64,000 nucleotides of DNA, taken from Vicinamibacteria bacterium (GTDB lineage Bacteria > Acidobacteriota > Vicinamibacteria > Fen-336 > CBDFGD01). Numbering within the stretch: position 1 is the first letter of the stretch; each line of letters starts with the position of its first letter. Positions 30,545 through 41,255 of the stretch are shown piece by piece. The DNA lies in contig CBDFGD010000002.1 in the NCBI GenBank assembly GCA_965246965.1, positions 3,701,208 to 3,765,207 on the forward strand. The letters run 5' to 3'. The translations under genes and the position numbers were made by a program. The notes under the pieces were generated by a model. That model made no database searches. It had not been told where the DNA came from and saw only the letters and a list, made by a program, of their open reading frames with translations.

Positions 30545-32048
30545 CTAGGAGTCTGCGCGGCAGTAGTTCAGCCCGGGTGTGTCATCGTGCCTTGTGACCC
30601 GAGAGATCATCTTGCCTGGGTTAAACGGCAGTAGTGGGCTCGCGGACGAGTGCTCGCGAGGGAGGACGGGCGGATCCAAGGCCGGGCGGTGGTCATACCC
30701 AGACCATCTTCTGATTGAGTCTCCTGAGGTTGAGCGCCAAGCAAACGAGATTCCACTCGGCGCTGGTTTTCTCAAGCCCTCGAAGGCTGAAGGATTGGAA
30801 ACCAAGCACAGCCTTGATCCATCCGAATGGCGGTTCGCCGAGTTTGCGCCGCTTGTACCACTTGCGACCACGTTTTCATGCGGAGCGTCGCTTCGAGCTT
30901 CGAATTCGACGTTGGTGGAGAGTCTTTCTTTTCTCTCCCCAGAGCCACGAAACCGTCGATTCCGGTACGTTCCAAGTGCAGTAGGTTCTTTTCGGAACGG
31001 TAGCCGGCATCGGCCAGGGCACGCTTGGGCTTCTCACCGGTGTTGGCTTGAGCCGTTTTCAGCATCGGCTCGAGCTGACCGACATCCGCAGCGTTGTTGA
31101 TCAACCCGGTCGCAACGATCAGCTGCGATTTCTCGTCGACGGCGGCTTGGGCATTGAAGCACTGCTGGTAGCCACTCGAATCCTTCATGATGCGGCTTTC
31201 GGGATCGGTGAAGTTGTCCTGCTTCTTGTCCGGAGGTACGCCAAATCTCCTTTTGAACTTTGACCCTCGCTTCGATTCCTTGTCATCCCCTGGCCGACGT
31301 CCGGCCTGCTGATCTTCTTCCTTCTGACGGGCCTCCAGACGTGCCTTCGCTGCTTGGATTTTCTTGAGCCGTGAATCTCGGCGCGCCAGCTCTTCTGGCA
31401 GTTCGTCGCCACGAAAATCAGGACCAAACTCGACGTCTTCCGCAGCATCTTCTTGTTTCGCAAGAGCGGTGATAGCCCGAATCTCTCGACGGAGCTGTTT
31501 CTCCGTTTTCTTCATACGCTCGTAGCTCATCGCCTTGTGCTTGCTGGCATTCGCCTTGACCTTCGTTCCATCCAGAATCAACGTCCCAAGCTTGACCAAA
31601 CCCACTTCTTGAGCCAGACGCACGACTTGGACGAATACAGATCGAAACTGGGACAAATGGTCACAACGGAAATCACTGATCGTCCGGTGTGCCGGGAAAT
31701 TGCCTCCGCTCAAATAACGGTATGCGACATCCTCTTCCAGCTTCTTCGCGATCCCACGAGACGAAAACGTCCCTGTCGCATAGCCGTAGATCAGAACCTT
31801 CAGCATCATTCGAGGATCGAATCGTCGGTTCCGACGTCCATCGCCCTCGTAGCGCTCGTAGAAAGCACGCACATCCATCGCCTCCACCGTATCCGAGATG
31901 AAAAACGAAAGATGACCCTCCGGAAGCCAGTCTCGTGGATTCGACGGAAACAAACTCGATCGGTCAGGACTGTACGGACGGAAACTCGTTCCCATAACTT
32001 CAAAAACGCTCATTCACCCGATTTCGTTCCTGCCGCGCAGACTCCTAG
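30545..32048 (-). mobile_element. IS1182-family insertion sequence, 1504 bp, 19-bp perfect terminal inverted repeats beginning with CTAG
   Basis: CTAGGAGTCTGCGCGGCAG at 30545-30563 and its exact reverse complement at 32030-32048. Lower GC than the flanks; contains a single transposase gene. Confidence 0.8.
30772..32013 (-). CDS. IS1182-family transposase
   Basis: 413 aa; [34 protein letters not shown]...[12 protein letters not shown]... and [13 protein letters not shown] motifs typical of IS1182/ISH3-like transposases. C-terminus may be truncated. Confidence 0.75.
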   Translation of the reverse strand: MSVFEVMGTSFRPYSPDRSSLFPSNPRDWLPEGHLSFFISDTVEAMDVRAFYERYEGDGRRNRRFDPRMMLKVLIYGYATGTFSSRGIAKKLEEDVAYRYLSGGNFPAHRTISDFRCDHLSQFRSVFVQVVRLAQEVGLVKLGTLILDGTKVKANASKHKAMSYERMKKTEKQLRREIRAITALAKQEDAAEDVEFGPDFRGDELPEELARRDSRLKKIQAAKARLEARQKEEDQQAGRRPGDDKESKRGSKFKRRFGVPPDKKQDNFTDPESRIMKDSSGYQQCFNAQAAVDEKSQLIVATGLINNAADVGQLEPMLKTAQANTGEKPKRALADAGYRSEKNLLHLERTGIDGFVALGREKKDSPPTSNSKLEATLRMKTWSQVVQAAQTRRTAIRMDQGCAWFPILQPSRA

Positions 32049-32085
32049 CCGGCCCTTCGCCCCCCTTCCGAGGGCGTCTGGGGGG

Positions 32086-32829
32086 ATGCGGTATGATCGC
32101 GATTCCGGCCTCCTCAAGCGGAAGCCATCATCGCGAGCGTACCTCTTGGGCCTTCTCGACATCTTCCGGGGCAAACTCACAGACCCCACCTCCTTTTCGG
32201 GCGTCCAGGGCGGCGGAGACGTCATCACCACCCGCGTCGACGCTCTCGTCAAGTGGGGACGCAAGTCCTCAATCTGGCCGATGCCTTTCGGCACCGCTTG
32301 CTGTGCGATCGAGTTCATGGCGCTTTCCGCCTCGCACTACGATCTGGCCCGGTTCGGCGCCGAGGTGTTGCGTTTTTCGCCCCGGCAGGCCGACCTGATG
32401 TTCGTGGCGGGCACCATCGTCGATAAGGAAGCCCCGATCCTCAAGCGCATCTACGATCAGATGCCCGACCCGAAATGGGTCATCTCGATGGGCGTCTGCG
32501 CCTCCTCAGGAGGGTTCTACCGTTCGTATCACACCATGCAGGGCATCGACGAGATCATTCCGGTCGACGTGTACGTGCCCGGCTGCCCCCCCTCGCCCGA
32601 GGCGCTGATCGCCGCGGTGATGAAGGTGCAGGAGAGAATCCAGCTGGGCGAGCAGCAGAAGACGCCGCAGGGCGCCGCTCGACTCGGTGCCTCCGGCGAG
32701 GCCGCCAAAGACCGTCGCGAGCGCCGCGCCGCCTGGGCCAGGGATGATGCGCAGCGGCGCGAGCAGGATCTCGAGCCGCGCGGGGAGATCGCCTTTGGTG
32801 AATCTCCGGGCGGCGCCGCCCGCGAATGA
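32086..32829 (+). CDS. nuoB: NADH-quinone oxidoreductase subunit B (NuoB, 4Fe-4S N2)
   Basis: ...[24 protein letters not shown]...DVYVPGCPP; stop overlaps nuoCD start (ATGA). Confidence 0.85.
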   Translation: MRYDRDSGLLKRKPSSRAYLLGLLDIFRGKLTDPTSFSGVQGGGDVITTRVDALVKWGRKSSIWPMPFGTACCAIEFMALSASHYDLARFGAEVLRFSPRQADLMFVAGTIVDKEAPILKRIYDQMPDPKWVISMGVCASSGGFYRSYHTMQGIDEIIPVDVYVPGCPPSPEALIAAVMKVQERIQLGEQQKTPQGAARLGASGEAAKDRRERRAAWARDDAQRREQDLEPRGEIAFGESPGGAARE

Positions 32830-34526
32830 GTAGCCCGAGCGCGGTGGTCGCGAGCGCTTCGCCGCCCGCCGCCCGCGCGCTCGGCCAGCGCCTCGGAGCC
32901 GCCGTCGAGGAGTCTTCTGAATTCCGCGGCGAGCAGTCCCTCACGGTGAATCGGCGGGCCTGGGTCGAGGCCGCGACGCTGCTTCGGGACGATCCCGACC
33001 TCGACTTCAAGCTGTTCCTCGATCTGTGCGGGGTCGACTACCTCGACGAGGACAGCCGCGACCGCTACGAGGTCGTCCTGCACCTCTACTCGCTGTCGAG
33101 TGGAGATCGGGTCCGGTTGAAGACGCGGTTGCCCGAGGAAGACCCCGCCCTCGACACGCTGTGCGGCGTCTTCAAAGGCGCGAACTGGTTCGAGCGCGAG
33201 GCGTGGGACCTCTACGGCATCGTTTTCGAAGGCCACCCGAAGCTGACGCGTATCCTCACCCACGACTCCTTCGTCGGGCACCCGATGCGGAAGGACTACC
33301 CGACCGGGCACCGCCACGTTCTGAAGGAGGCCAAGTCCCACCTGCTCGAAGTGCCCGAGAACACGGAGCACATGCTCGTCAACATCGGTCCCTCCCATCC
33401 CGCGATGCACGGCACCTTCCGGGTCCAGGCGTTACTCGATGGGGAGACGATAGAGGACTGCGAAGCCGAGATCGGCTACATGCACCGCAACTTCGAGAAG
33501 ATGGCCGAAGAGCGGACCTACTGGCAGATCATCCCGTACACGGATCGGCTGAACTACTGCTCCTCGTTCATGAACGGCCACGGCTGGGCCCTCGCCACGG
33601 AGAAGTTGCTCGGCATCGAGGCGCCCCCGCGAGCCGAGGCGGTGCGCGTGATCCTCTCCGAGCTGTCCCGCATCATGGACCACTTCATCTGCGTCGGCAC
33701 GAACGTCGTCGACCTCGGGGGCATGACGCCGTTCTTCATCCTGTTCCGTGCCCGCGAGGCGATCTACGACGTCCTCGATGCCGTCTGCGGGGCGCGGCTC
33801 ACGGTCTCCTACGTGCGGATCGGAGGCCTCGCCCAGGACGTGCCCGACGATTTCGACGCGCGCTGCCGGGCCGCGATGGCCAGTGTGCTTGAGGTGACCG
33901 AGCAGGCCAAAAAATTGCTGACGCGGAACATCATCTTCACGAAACGCTTCAAGGATGTCGGCGTGATGTCCAGGGAAGACGCCCTGTCCTACGGCTGGGT
34001 GGGTCCGTGCCTGCGCGGCTCCGGTGTCGACTTCGATCTGCGCAAGGACCAGCCGTACTCCGGTTACGAGCAGTACGACTTCGACGTGCCCGTCGGCAGC
34101 GTGGGCGATTGCTACGACCGCTACCTCGTCCGGATGGAGGAGATCCGTCAGAGCGTGCGGATCGTCGATCAGGCGCTGAAGACGCTGCCCGAGGGGCCCG
34201 TGATCGTCGATGACAAGGCGGTCGCGCTACCGCCCAAGTCCGAGGTCTACTCGAACATCGAAGCGCTGATGAATCATTTCAAGCTCGTCTACGACGGCAT
34301 CCTGCCGCCCCCGGGCGAGGTGTACGGCGCGACCGAAGCTGCGAACGGAGAACTCGGCTACTACATCGTGTCCGACGGCCGCAAGCACCCGCGGCGCGTG
34401 AAGGTGCGGCCGCCCTGCTACAACATCTACCAGGCCTTCCCCGAAATGATCCGCGGTTGCACGATCGCCGACGCGGTCGCCATCATCGGAGGTCTCAACG
34501 TGATCGCGGGAGAGCTCGACAGGTAA
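32826..34526 (+). CDS. nuoCD: NADH-quinone oxidoreductase fused subunits C/D (NuoCD)
   Basis: 566 aa; NuoC 30-kDa region followed by NuoD 49-kDa region (...[14 protein letters not shown]..., C-terminal ...[14 protein letters not shown]...). Confidence 0.9.
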   Translation: MSSPSAVVASASPPAARALGQRLGAAVEESSEFRGEQSLTVNRRAWVEAATLLRDDPDLDFKLFLDLCGVDYLDEDSRDRYEVVLHLYSLSSGDRVRLKTRLPEEDPALDTLCGVFKGANWFEREAWDLYGIVFEGHPKLTRILTHDSFVGHPMRKDYPTGHRHVLKEAKSHLLEVPENTEHMLVNIGPSHPAMHGTFRVQALLDGETIEDCEAEIGYMHRNFEKMAEERTYWQIIPYTDRLNYCSSFMNGHGWALATEKLLGIEAPPRAEAVRVILSELSRIMDHFICVGTNVVDLGGMTPFFILFRAREAIYDVLDAVCGARLTVSYVRIGGLAQDVPDDFDARCRAAMASVLEVTEQAKKLLTRNIIFTKRFKDVGVMSREDALSYGWVGPCLRGSGVDFDLRKDQPYSGYEQYDFDVPVGSVGDCYDRYLVRMEEIRQSVRIVDQALKTLPEGPVIVDDKAVALPPKSEVYSNIEALMNHFKLVYDGILPPPGEVYGATEAANGELGYYIVSDGRKHPRRVKVRPPCYNIYQAFPEMIRGCTIADAVAIIGGLNVIAGELDR

Positions 34527-34528
34527 CC

Positions 34529-36119
34529 ATGCCGAAATGCACCATCGACGGGCGCGAGATCGAGGTCGAGCCCGGCACGACCGTGATCCGCGCCGCTCTC
34601 GAGCTGGGGATAGAGATCCCGCATTTCTGCTGGCACCCCGACCTGCCCGTGGACGGCAACTGCCGCATGTGCCTCGTCGAAGTCGAGAAGATGCCAAAGC
34701 TCCAGATCGCGTGCAACAGCCAGGTCAACGACGGCATGGTGGTTCGCACGGACAGTGAAGCCGCGAAGCAGGCGCACCGCACGACCCTCGAGTTCCTGCT
34801 CGTCAACCACCCCATCGATTGCCCCGTGTGTGATCACGCCGGCGAGTGCTACCTGCAGGACCACTACATGGATCACGGTGGCCACGACTCCAAGATCGAG
34901 CTCGAAGAGAAGGTCCGGAAGCGCAAGGTCGTCGACCTCGGGCCGATCATGCTCGACGCCGAGCGCTGCGTGCTCTGCTCACGCTGCATCCGCTTCGAGA
35001 GCGAGGTTACCGGCACGAACAGCTTCGAGTTCGTGAACCGCGGCGACCAAACGCAGATCTCGACGTATCAGAATCGACCGATCACGCACGGCTACGCCGG
35101 CAACCTCGCCGACGTGTGCCCCGTCGGCGCACTGCTCTCCCACGACTTCCGCTTCCGGATGCGGGTGTGGTTTCTCGAGTCGACGGACTCGATCTGTCCC
35201 GGATGCTCGACGGGCTGCAACATCCATCTCGATCACCGCGACGGCGAAGCGCAGCGCTTCCGGCCGCGCCGCAACGTGCAGGTCAACAAGTCCTGGATGT
35301 GCGATGAGGGGCGGGCCCTCTACGCGGGGCTCGGTTCACCAGACCGCCTGAGCCAGGCGCGACTGAACGGAGCGGCCTCGAGCCTCGACGACGCGCTGGA
35401 CGCCGTGGCCGACGCCCTTCGCGACGCAGGATCGTGCGGCGATGCTGGCGAGCCCGCAGGCCAGCAACGAGGACCTTTTCGCACTGCGGCGGCTCGCGGA
35501 CGTGACCGGCGCGCGGCTCGACTTTCGCGTAGGCGATCCCCAGGACAAGCTGCAGGTCCGAGAGGACGAGATCCTGCTCCGCGCCGACCGCAATCCCAAC
35601 ACCAGGGGTTGCCTCGATCGGCAGATGGGGCGCAGCGGCGTGGCGCCGATCCTGGACGCGTGTCGAGCTGGCGAGGTCGAGCTGCTCTTCCTTCAGGATG
35701 CCGGCCTGCTCGACAACGAGCCGCTGGCCGCGGTCGCGAAAGCGGCAAAGAGAGTGGTCGTCATGGCGACCCATGAATCGGCTTCTGCGGACGCGCCGTT
35801 CGCCGTCCTTCCGGCGGCGACCTGGGCGGAGAGCGACGGTACCTTCACCAACTACGCGAGGCGCGTGCAGCGTTTCAAGCGCGCCTTCACCGCGCCCGGC
35901 GCCGCACGGCCCCGCTGGGAGCTGGCCGCCCTGTTGCTGCGACGCCTCGGCGAGCCATTCGAGGCTTCTTCGGCGCGCGACGTATTTCGGCTGCTGGCCC
36001 GGGAGGTCTCCATTTACGCGAGCCTGAGTCATCAGACGATCGGCACGGGAGGCCGCGCTGTCGGCGAGGAACCGGACGCCGCTGCGGCGGCCGAAAGCGG
36101 CGCCGAGGCGAGGGCGTAG
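34529..36119 (+). CDS. nuoG: NADH-quinone oxidoreductase subunit G (short NuoG); single-base frameshift near 35425-35445
   Basis: 2Fe-2S and 4Fe-4S cysteine motifs (CRMCLVEV, HPIDCPVCDHAGEC, CVLCSRCIRF). Frame 2 up to ...ALRDAG, then frame 0 ...AMLASPQASNEDLFALRRLADV... to the TAG at 36117. Confidence 0.8.
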
Positions 36120-36121
36120 CG

Positions 36122-36709
36122 GTGGCCGCCAAGACCGTCACCGTCAACCGGGACACGAGGCCTGGTGTCGTCCCGATTCTGTTCGGGATGTGGATCACGC
36201 TCCGGAACTTGATCCAGTCGTGGTTCATGGGAAAGGTGAGCACGATCCAGTTTCCTGAGCAGAAGCGCACGATCTCGAGTCGCTACCGGGGCATCCATCT
36301 GCTCACCGTGCGGGAGGACGAGTCTCCCAAGTGCGTCGCCTGCTACATGTGCGCGACGGTCTGCCCGGCGGAGTGCATCCACATCGAATCCGCCGAGCGT
36401 CCCGAGGAGACGATCGAGAAGTATCCGACGCGCTTCGAGATCGATCTGCTGCGGTGCGTGTACTGCGGCTTCTGCGTGGACGCCTGCCCGGAGGAGGCGA
36501 TCATGATGAGCCGCGAGAACGACCTCGTCGGCACTTCACGAAAGGAGCTGATCATCGACCGCGATCGGCTGATCGATCGCGGCAAGCTCGCCGAGGCCGG
36601 AGCGGGCTACCGGCCGTCCGACCACGATGTGCGTCGTCCCGTCCGCATCGCGGCGCTCGAGCGGCTCGAGAAGGAGCACGGGATCGTTCCGGGGATGCCG
36701 AAGCGGTAA
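36122..36709 (+). CDS. nuoI: NADH-quinone oxidoreductase subunit I (NuoI, 2x 4Fe-4S ferredoxin)
   Basis: GTG start; CVACYMCATVCP and CVYCGFCVDACP motifs. Confidence 0.85.
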   Translation: MAAKTVTVNRDTRPGVVPILFGMWITLRNLIQSWFMGKVSTIQFPEQKRTISSRYRGIHLLTVREDESPKCVACYMCATVCPAECIHIESAERPEETIEKYPTRFEIDLLRCVYCGFCVDACPEEAIMMSRENDLVGTSRKELIIDRDRLIDRGKLAEAGAGYRPSDHDVRRPVRIAALERLEKEHGIVPGMPKR

Positions 36710-37085
36710 GTGGGCGTAGAGCGCACACCCCAGTAGAGGCGTCCGTCTCCGCCCCGACGGACACGTCGAAGATGGCCTTCCACGACGCTTCGGTCGGAGT
36801 GGGAAATAGGCTCATCCACGGCGTAGACGGCCCCAAACTCCTTCACGAGGGGGCCGTCCCGTCTCTCGGGCTCTTCGGCCGCGCGGCGCTCGAGCCCAGG
36901 CCGGCGAGCCATAGCCAGGTACCCGTCCGCTGCATCGTTACCTCCCTCTATCGATTTCGGCCAGTCGCGATCGGTGATCGGGGCTCCGACCAGCGCGCCG
37001 GGCTCAGCATTCTCGAAGGCTTCGAGCGCCGCACTGGGATCGAATCACATAGTAACAGACACGGCCCCACCCGACGGCCCCGCCG

Positions 37086-37220
37086 CTAGCGCCGCTTGAC
37101 GTGCTCGAGAGGGACGAACTGGGATTTTGCGGGGCGTGGGCCGGGGCCGAGTTTGCGCCAGAGGTAGGCGAGGGCGGCGGCGACGATCAGCCAGACGGTG
37201 ACGTCTTGCCAGCTATGCAC
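37086..37220 (-). CDS. Small single-TM protein immediately downstream of feoB (FeoB-associated small membrane protein-like)
   Basis: GTG overlapping the feoB TAG; 44 aa, VHSWQDVTVWLIVAAALAYLWRKLGPGP...; no Cys-rich tail. Confidence 0.3.
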   Translation of the reverse strand: MHSWQDVTVWLIVAAALAYLWRKLGPGPRPAKSQFVPLEHVKRR

Positions 37221-39387
37221 CGAGGCCGACTCCCAGCAGGCGCCCGCCCTGGTAGACGACGAGCGAAGCGAAGTAGGCGAGCAGAGACATCGCTGCGAAC
37301 ATCATCGCGGGCCAACGCCATGAGCCGGACTCCTTGCGGATCACAGCGATCGTGCTCATGCACTGACACGCGAACACGAAGAAGACCATCAGCGAGACGC
37401 CGGCCAGCGGCGTCATCAGCGGCGCTCCGTCGGGCCAGGTGGCGCCGTGCAGTGCGAGGCGCAGCGGTTGACTCGCCTCGTCGGCCTCCCCGATGTCGAA
37501 GACTATGGCGAGCGTCGAGATGAAGACCTCGCGGGCCGCGAAGGCGCCCAGGATTCCGACGCCGATGCGCCAGTCGAAGCCGAGCGGCTCGATGATCGGC
37601 TCGATCGCGCGGCCCAGGTGACCCATGAAGCTGGCCCGCAGGGCTGCGCCCGAAGCGGCGGCTTCGCTCGACGCGACCTCCGCTATCGCGACGGGAGTGT
37701 CGGCGTTGGGCATCGCCGGCGCATCGGGCAGACGCGGGTAGCTCAGCAGGGCCCAGAGGACGATCGTGAGTGCGAGGATGACGCTGCCGGCGTCGGTGAG
37801 GAATGTTCTCACCGGCCGCCAGGTCCCGGTGACCAGATTGCGCCAGGCCGGCATCCGGTAGGGCGGCATCTCGAGCACCAGCGTCGGGCGCGGTCCCCGC
37901 AGCACCGTCCGTCGCATCACGGCGGCCGCGCCAATGGCCGCGACGACCGAGAGCAGGTACATCGTGAGCAGCACGAGGGCGCCAATGCTGAGAAATCCGA
38001 ACACGCGTAGAGCGGGGTCGAAGACGGCGGCCGTCACCAGCACGTAGACCGGCAGGCGCGCGCTGCAGGACATCAGCGGAATCGCGAGCATCGTCAACAG
38101 CCGATCGCGTGGCTTCTCGATCGTGCGCGTAGCGATGACCGCTGGGATGGCGCAGGCGAAGCCGGACAGCATCGGCACGAAGGCCTTCCCGTGCAGGCCG
38201 ATGCCTCCCATCAGCCGGTCGATGACGAAGGCGACGCGGGCGAGGTAGCCCGAGTCTTCGAGCAGCGTGATGAGCAGGAAGAGCAATCCGATCTGCGGGA
38301 CGAACACGAGCACGTTGCCGACACCCGCCATCACGCCTTCCACGAGGAGGTCCCGAAGCGGCCCCCCGGGAAGGGCGCTCGTCGCGGCGCCCTGAGCCCG
38401 GGCAATGCCGATTTCGATGAGCCCCATCATGGGCTCGGCCCAGCTGAAGAGCGACTGGAAGACGATCAGCATCACCGCCGCGAACGACAGCGCGCCCCAG
38501 AGCCGGTGAGTGAGGATGCCGTCCAGGACATCGGTGAGCGAGCGACTCTCCGGGGGCGATTCGCTCACGCAGTCGGCCACGATGCCGTCGATCACGCCGT
38601 ATCGCGCGGCGATGATCTCCCCATCCAGGTCACGCCCGGCTCTTTCGGCGCGTGCCCGGACCGCTCGGACGACGTCTCGGAGATTTGCGGGGACGCCTTC
38701 GAGCTCGTCGTCGTCAGCGAGCGAGAGGAGCGCCCACAGCGCCCAGGGGCGGGTCGGGCCCGGGCCGACGGGGCTCACGCCGAGAGTGGCCTCGACCTCT
38801 TCGACGTCAGCGACGAGCGTCGTGGGAAGCTCGATCGCAGCCGGCGCGGGTCGCGGCGGATCGCGCAGCGCCTCGCGAAGCTGATCAATCCCCTCGCCGC
38901 GGCGCGCCACCATCGGAACGACCGGTACGCCGAGGCATTGGCTCAGCCTGGCGGTGTCGATCTCGAGCCCCTGGTCTCGCGCTTCGTCCATCAGGTTCAG
39001 CGCGACCACCAGCGGCACACCGGCCTCGGCCAGCTGGCTGATGAGGTACAGGCTCCGTCCGAGCGCCGTCGCGTCGGCCACGGCGATGACCGCACGAGGC
39101 GGCGCGAGGTCGCGACCGAGCAGGGCGTCGACCGCGATCTGCTCGTCGCGCGATCCGGCGCTGACACTGTACGTTCCTGGGAGGTCGAGGATCTCGACTC
39201 TCTGGCCGTCGCCCAGGGTCATCCACCCGGAGAGGCGTCCGACCGTGATGCCGGGGTAGTTACCGACCCTGGCGCGCGCGCCGGTGAGCAGATTGAACAG
39301 GGTGGTCTTGCCGCTGTTTGCGTTGCCCGCGATGAGCAGGTGTCCGGGCCGCTCGAACCTCGCTGCCGCCGCGGGCGCAGGAGTCAT
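37213..39387 (-). CDS. feoB: Ferrous iron transporter FeoB
   Basis: N-terminal G-domain LLIAGNANSGKTTLFN...DLPGTYS followed by a large polytopic membrane domain; 724 aa. Confidence 0.9.
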   Translation of the reverse strand: MTPAPAAAARFERPGHLLIAGNANSGKTTLFNLLTGARARVGNYPGITVGRLSGWMTLGDGQRVEILDLPGTYSVSAGSRDEQIAVDALLGRDLAPPRAVIAVADATALGRSLYLISQLAEAGVPLVVALNLMDEARDQGLEIDTARLSQCLGVPVVPMVARRGEGIDQLREALRDPPRPAPAAIELPTTLVADVEEVEATLGVSPVGPGPTRPWALWALLSLADDDELEGVPANLRDVVRAVRARAERAGRDLDGEIIAARYGVIDGIVADCVSESPPESRSLTDVLDGILTHRLWGALSFAAVMLIVFQSLFSWAEPMMGLIEIGIARAQGAATSALPGGPLRDLLVEGVMAGVGNVLVFVPQIGLLFLLITLLEDSGYLARVAFVIDRLMGGIGLHGKAFVPMLSGFACAIPAVIATRTIEKPRDRLLTMLAIPLMSCSARLPVYVLVTAAVFDPALRVFGFLSIGALVLLTMYLLSVVAAIGAAAVMRRTVLRGPRPTLVLEMPPYRMPAWRNLVTGTWRPVRTFLTDAGSVILALTIVLWALLSYPRLPDAPAMPNADTPVAIAEVASSEAAASGAALRASFMGHLGRAIEPIIEPLGFDWRIGVGILGAFAAREVFISTLAIVFDIGEADEASQPLRLALHGATWPDGAPLMTPLAGVSLMVFFVFACQCMSTIAVIRKESGSWRWPAMMFAAMSLLAYFASLVVYQGGRLLGVGLGA

Positions 39388-39668
39388 CGCTCGGCGCGCA
39401 GCGCGGTCCGCTGCTGTGGCTCGACCTCGATGCGCTCGGCTTCCGAGCGGCGAATCGACAGCGAGAAGCCCCGCAGCCGCAGCTCGATCGGATCACCGAG
39501 TGGGGCGATTCGGCGCACCTGGACGGTCGTCCCCGGGAGCAATCCCATCTCCAGCAGCCGCCGTGCGACGTTTCGCTCGCAGCGAAGCTTTGCGACGGTG
39601 GCGCAGGCTCCGATACTCAGCTCGGCGAGCTGGCGCGCCACCCCAGGCGGCGCGGAACTGTCGGACAT
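39384..39668 (-). CDS. feoA: Ferrous iron transport protein FeoA
   Basis: 94-aa SH3-like protein; overlaps feoB start by 4 bp. Confidence 0.8.
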   Translation of the reverse strand: MSDSSAPPGVARQLAELSIGACATVAKLRCERNVARRLLEMGLLPGTTVQVRRIAPLGDPIELRLRGFSLSIRRSEAERIEVEPQQRTALRAER

Positions 39669-39717
39669 TTGTCCGTCCGGATATTTATGAAAGTGAAAGT
39701 CAATTTCATATTACGAA
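39669..39717 (-). promoter_or_regulatory. AT-rich putative promoter/operator upstream of feoAB (Fur-box-like hexamer repeats)
   Basis: 49-bp ~30% GC island in a ~68% GC context: TTCGTAATATGAAATTGACTTTCACTTTCATAAATATCC (feo sense), with AT-rich hexamer repeats and a TTGACT -35-like hexamer. Confidence 0.3.
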
Positions 39718-41169
39718 TTATCGGGCCTGGCCCATCCGGATGTCAAGAAAGCCGACAGACCACTTGACCGTGAATGTGGCCCGACGCACGTGCTCGCCGC
39801 CGCTCACTTTGTCCTCGAGGCTCAGCTCGACCGAATACTCACCGGGCTCGAAGCTGGCGAGCGGGATCGGGCCGACCGCCGGAACGGAGTCTGGGGTCGT
39901 GTACTCGGCCTCTTGGCTGCGGCTGATCGGACGTCCGTCCTTGAGGATCGTGAACGTGGCTCCCAGCGAGGGCTGGCCAGACACCTCGTCGGCCGCTGCG
40001 CCGTAGACCATCGAGATGATCTGGATCGCTTCATTCTGCTCGAACTCGTTCCCATAGCGCGGGATCACCTGGTTCGTGCCGAGCAGAAAGGCGGCCAGGG
40101 GGTCTTTCTGGTCCACCTCCTGCCGCTGCTCCATCTCGCTGAACACCAGGATGTCCGACACCATCAACTCGTGCCCGCCGAAGTCGCGCGATTCGATGGG
40201 CGTCTCGATCACGGACCCCGCTTCACTCTTTGCGTTCAGTGCGCCGACTTTCAAGGTGTATTCGCCGGGGCGCAAGGCGACACCGTACGAGGCGGTGAAC
40301 TTGCCGTCGTCCCCGACCGGGGTCTCCAGCTCTTTCGCCCCTCTCATCACTGACCGCCCTTCGGCGTCGATGACTTCGAGGGCGAGCGTCAGATCGGCGA
40401 CGCGTCGCCCGTCCCGCTCCGATGTCTCGAACCCGGCGGCGTCGCCGCGCACCAGACCGGCGAGGTAGGTCGCGCCGCCGTCCATCGAGCGCATGCTCAG
40501 TTTCGGTTCCGCCTCCAACGCGAAGTCCTGCCGGGGCGCTTCCAGCAGCGTCAGTGCCGGCGACGGCTTTGGAAGCTGGTCGGCCAGTTTGATGAGCTTC
40601 TCGTCCTTCCTGTGGTACCCGAGTTGCGGCAACGTGATCTTCGTCTCGGTCAATCGCTTCAGCTGGGCCGACCACTGGACGCCGTCGGGCACGGAGCAGG
40701 TCTCGTCGAAGTCGATCACGATCTCGCCGTCCTTGAACATCTCGCCGCGATAGGTCCACGTCTCCGGCGGCCGGGCTCCGATGTCGGCGCCGAACGAGCC
40801 TTTCTGGACTTCGTCCGGCTCTCCCAGCAAGAGGAACGTGCGACCGCAATCCGTCACTCCACCTGCTTTCCCCAGAACCCGGTAGCTCGCGTCGGCGGCC
40901 TTCCGGGCCGCCAGGTAATCGTCCTTGAACGAGTTTTCCTCGCTCACCTTCTCGGGATCGGGATTGCGCCGGGCCCAGAAGATCTCCTCGAAGGTCTTGC
41001 GCTCTCCCTTTTTGAGATCCCGGTAGATTCGCTCCTCTTCCGGCAGAATGATGGGTGTGACGAGTTCGAGCCACTTCTTGTCGTCCTTCGTGAGCTTGTC
41101 TCCCGCGAGCACCGACGAGGCCACGAGAGTGGCGGCGAGAGCGATTGAGATCGAGCGATTCGGCATCAA
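39718..41169 (-). CDS. GWxTD-domain secreted protein
   Basis: Signal peptide MMPNRSISIALAATLVASSVLA; ...FWARRNPDP...GRTFLLLGEPDE... GWxTD-like motifs. Confidence 0.7.
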   Translation of the reverse strand: MMPNRSISIALAATLVASSVLAGDKLTKDDKKWLELVTPIILPEEERIYRDLKKGERKTFEEIFWARRNPDPEKVSEENSFKDDYLAARKAADASYRVLGKAGGVTDCGRTFLLLGEPDEVQKGSFGADIGARPPETWTYRGEMFKDGEIVIDFDETCSVPDGVQWSAQLKRLTETKITLPQLGYHRKDEKLIKLADQLPKPSPALTLLEAPRQDFALEAEPKLSMRSMDGGATYLAGLVRGDAAGFETSERDGRRVADLTLALEVIDAEGRSVMRGAKELETPVGDDGKFTASYGVALRPGEYTLKVGALNAKSEAGSVIETPIESRDFGGHELMVSDILVFSEMEQRQEVDQKDPLAAFLLGTNQVIPRYGNEFEQNEAIQIISMVYGAAADEVSGQPSLGATFTILKDGRPISRSQEAEYTTPDSVPAVGPIPLASFEPGEYSVELSLEDKVSGGEHVRRATFTVKWSVGFLDIRMGQAR

Positions 41170-41255
41170 GAGGTCCTCCTAATGGACCCGCGATTGTACG
41201 CTCTCAGCATCCGGAGCGGCGAGCACTCCGGGGCCTTGTGCTAGCTTCGGTGCGG

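Noticed and set aside
36607-36941. Minus-strand ORF MARRPGLERR... (36607-36912) and a 30-codon ORF with a textbook SD (GGGAGG-taacg-ATG at 36941)
   Set aside because: The longer ORF runs ~100 bp antisense into nuoI and has no recognisable domain. The SD-ATG peptide is short and unconserved as far as I can judge. Left unannotated as ambiguous, and possibly affected by a frameshift.
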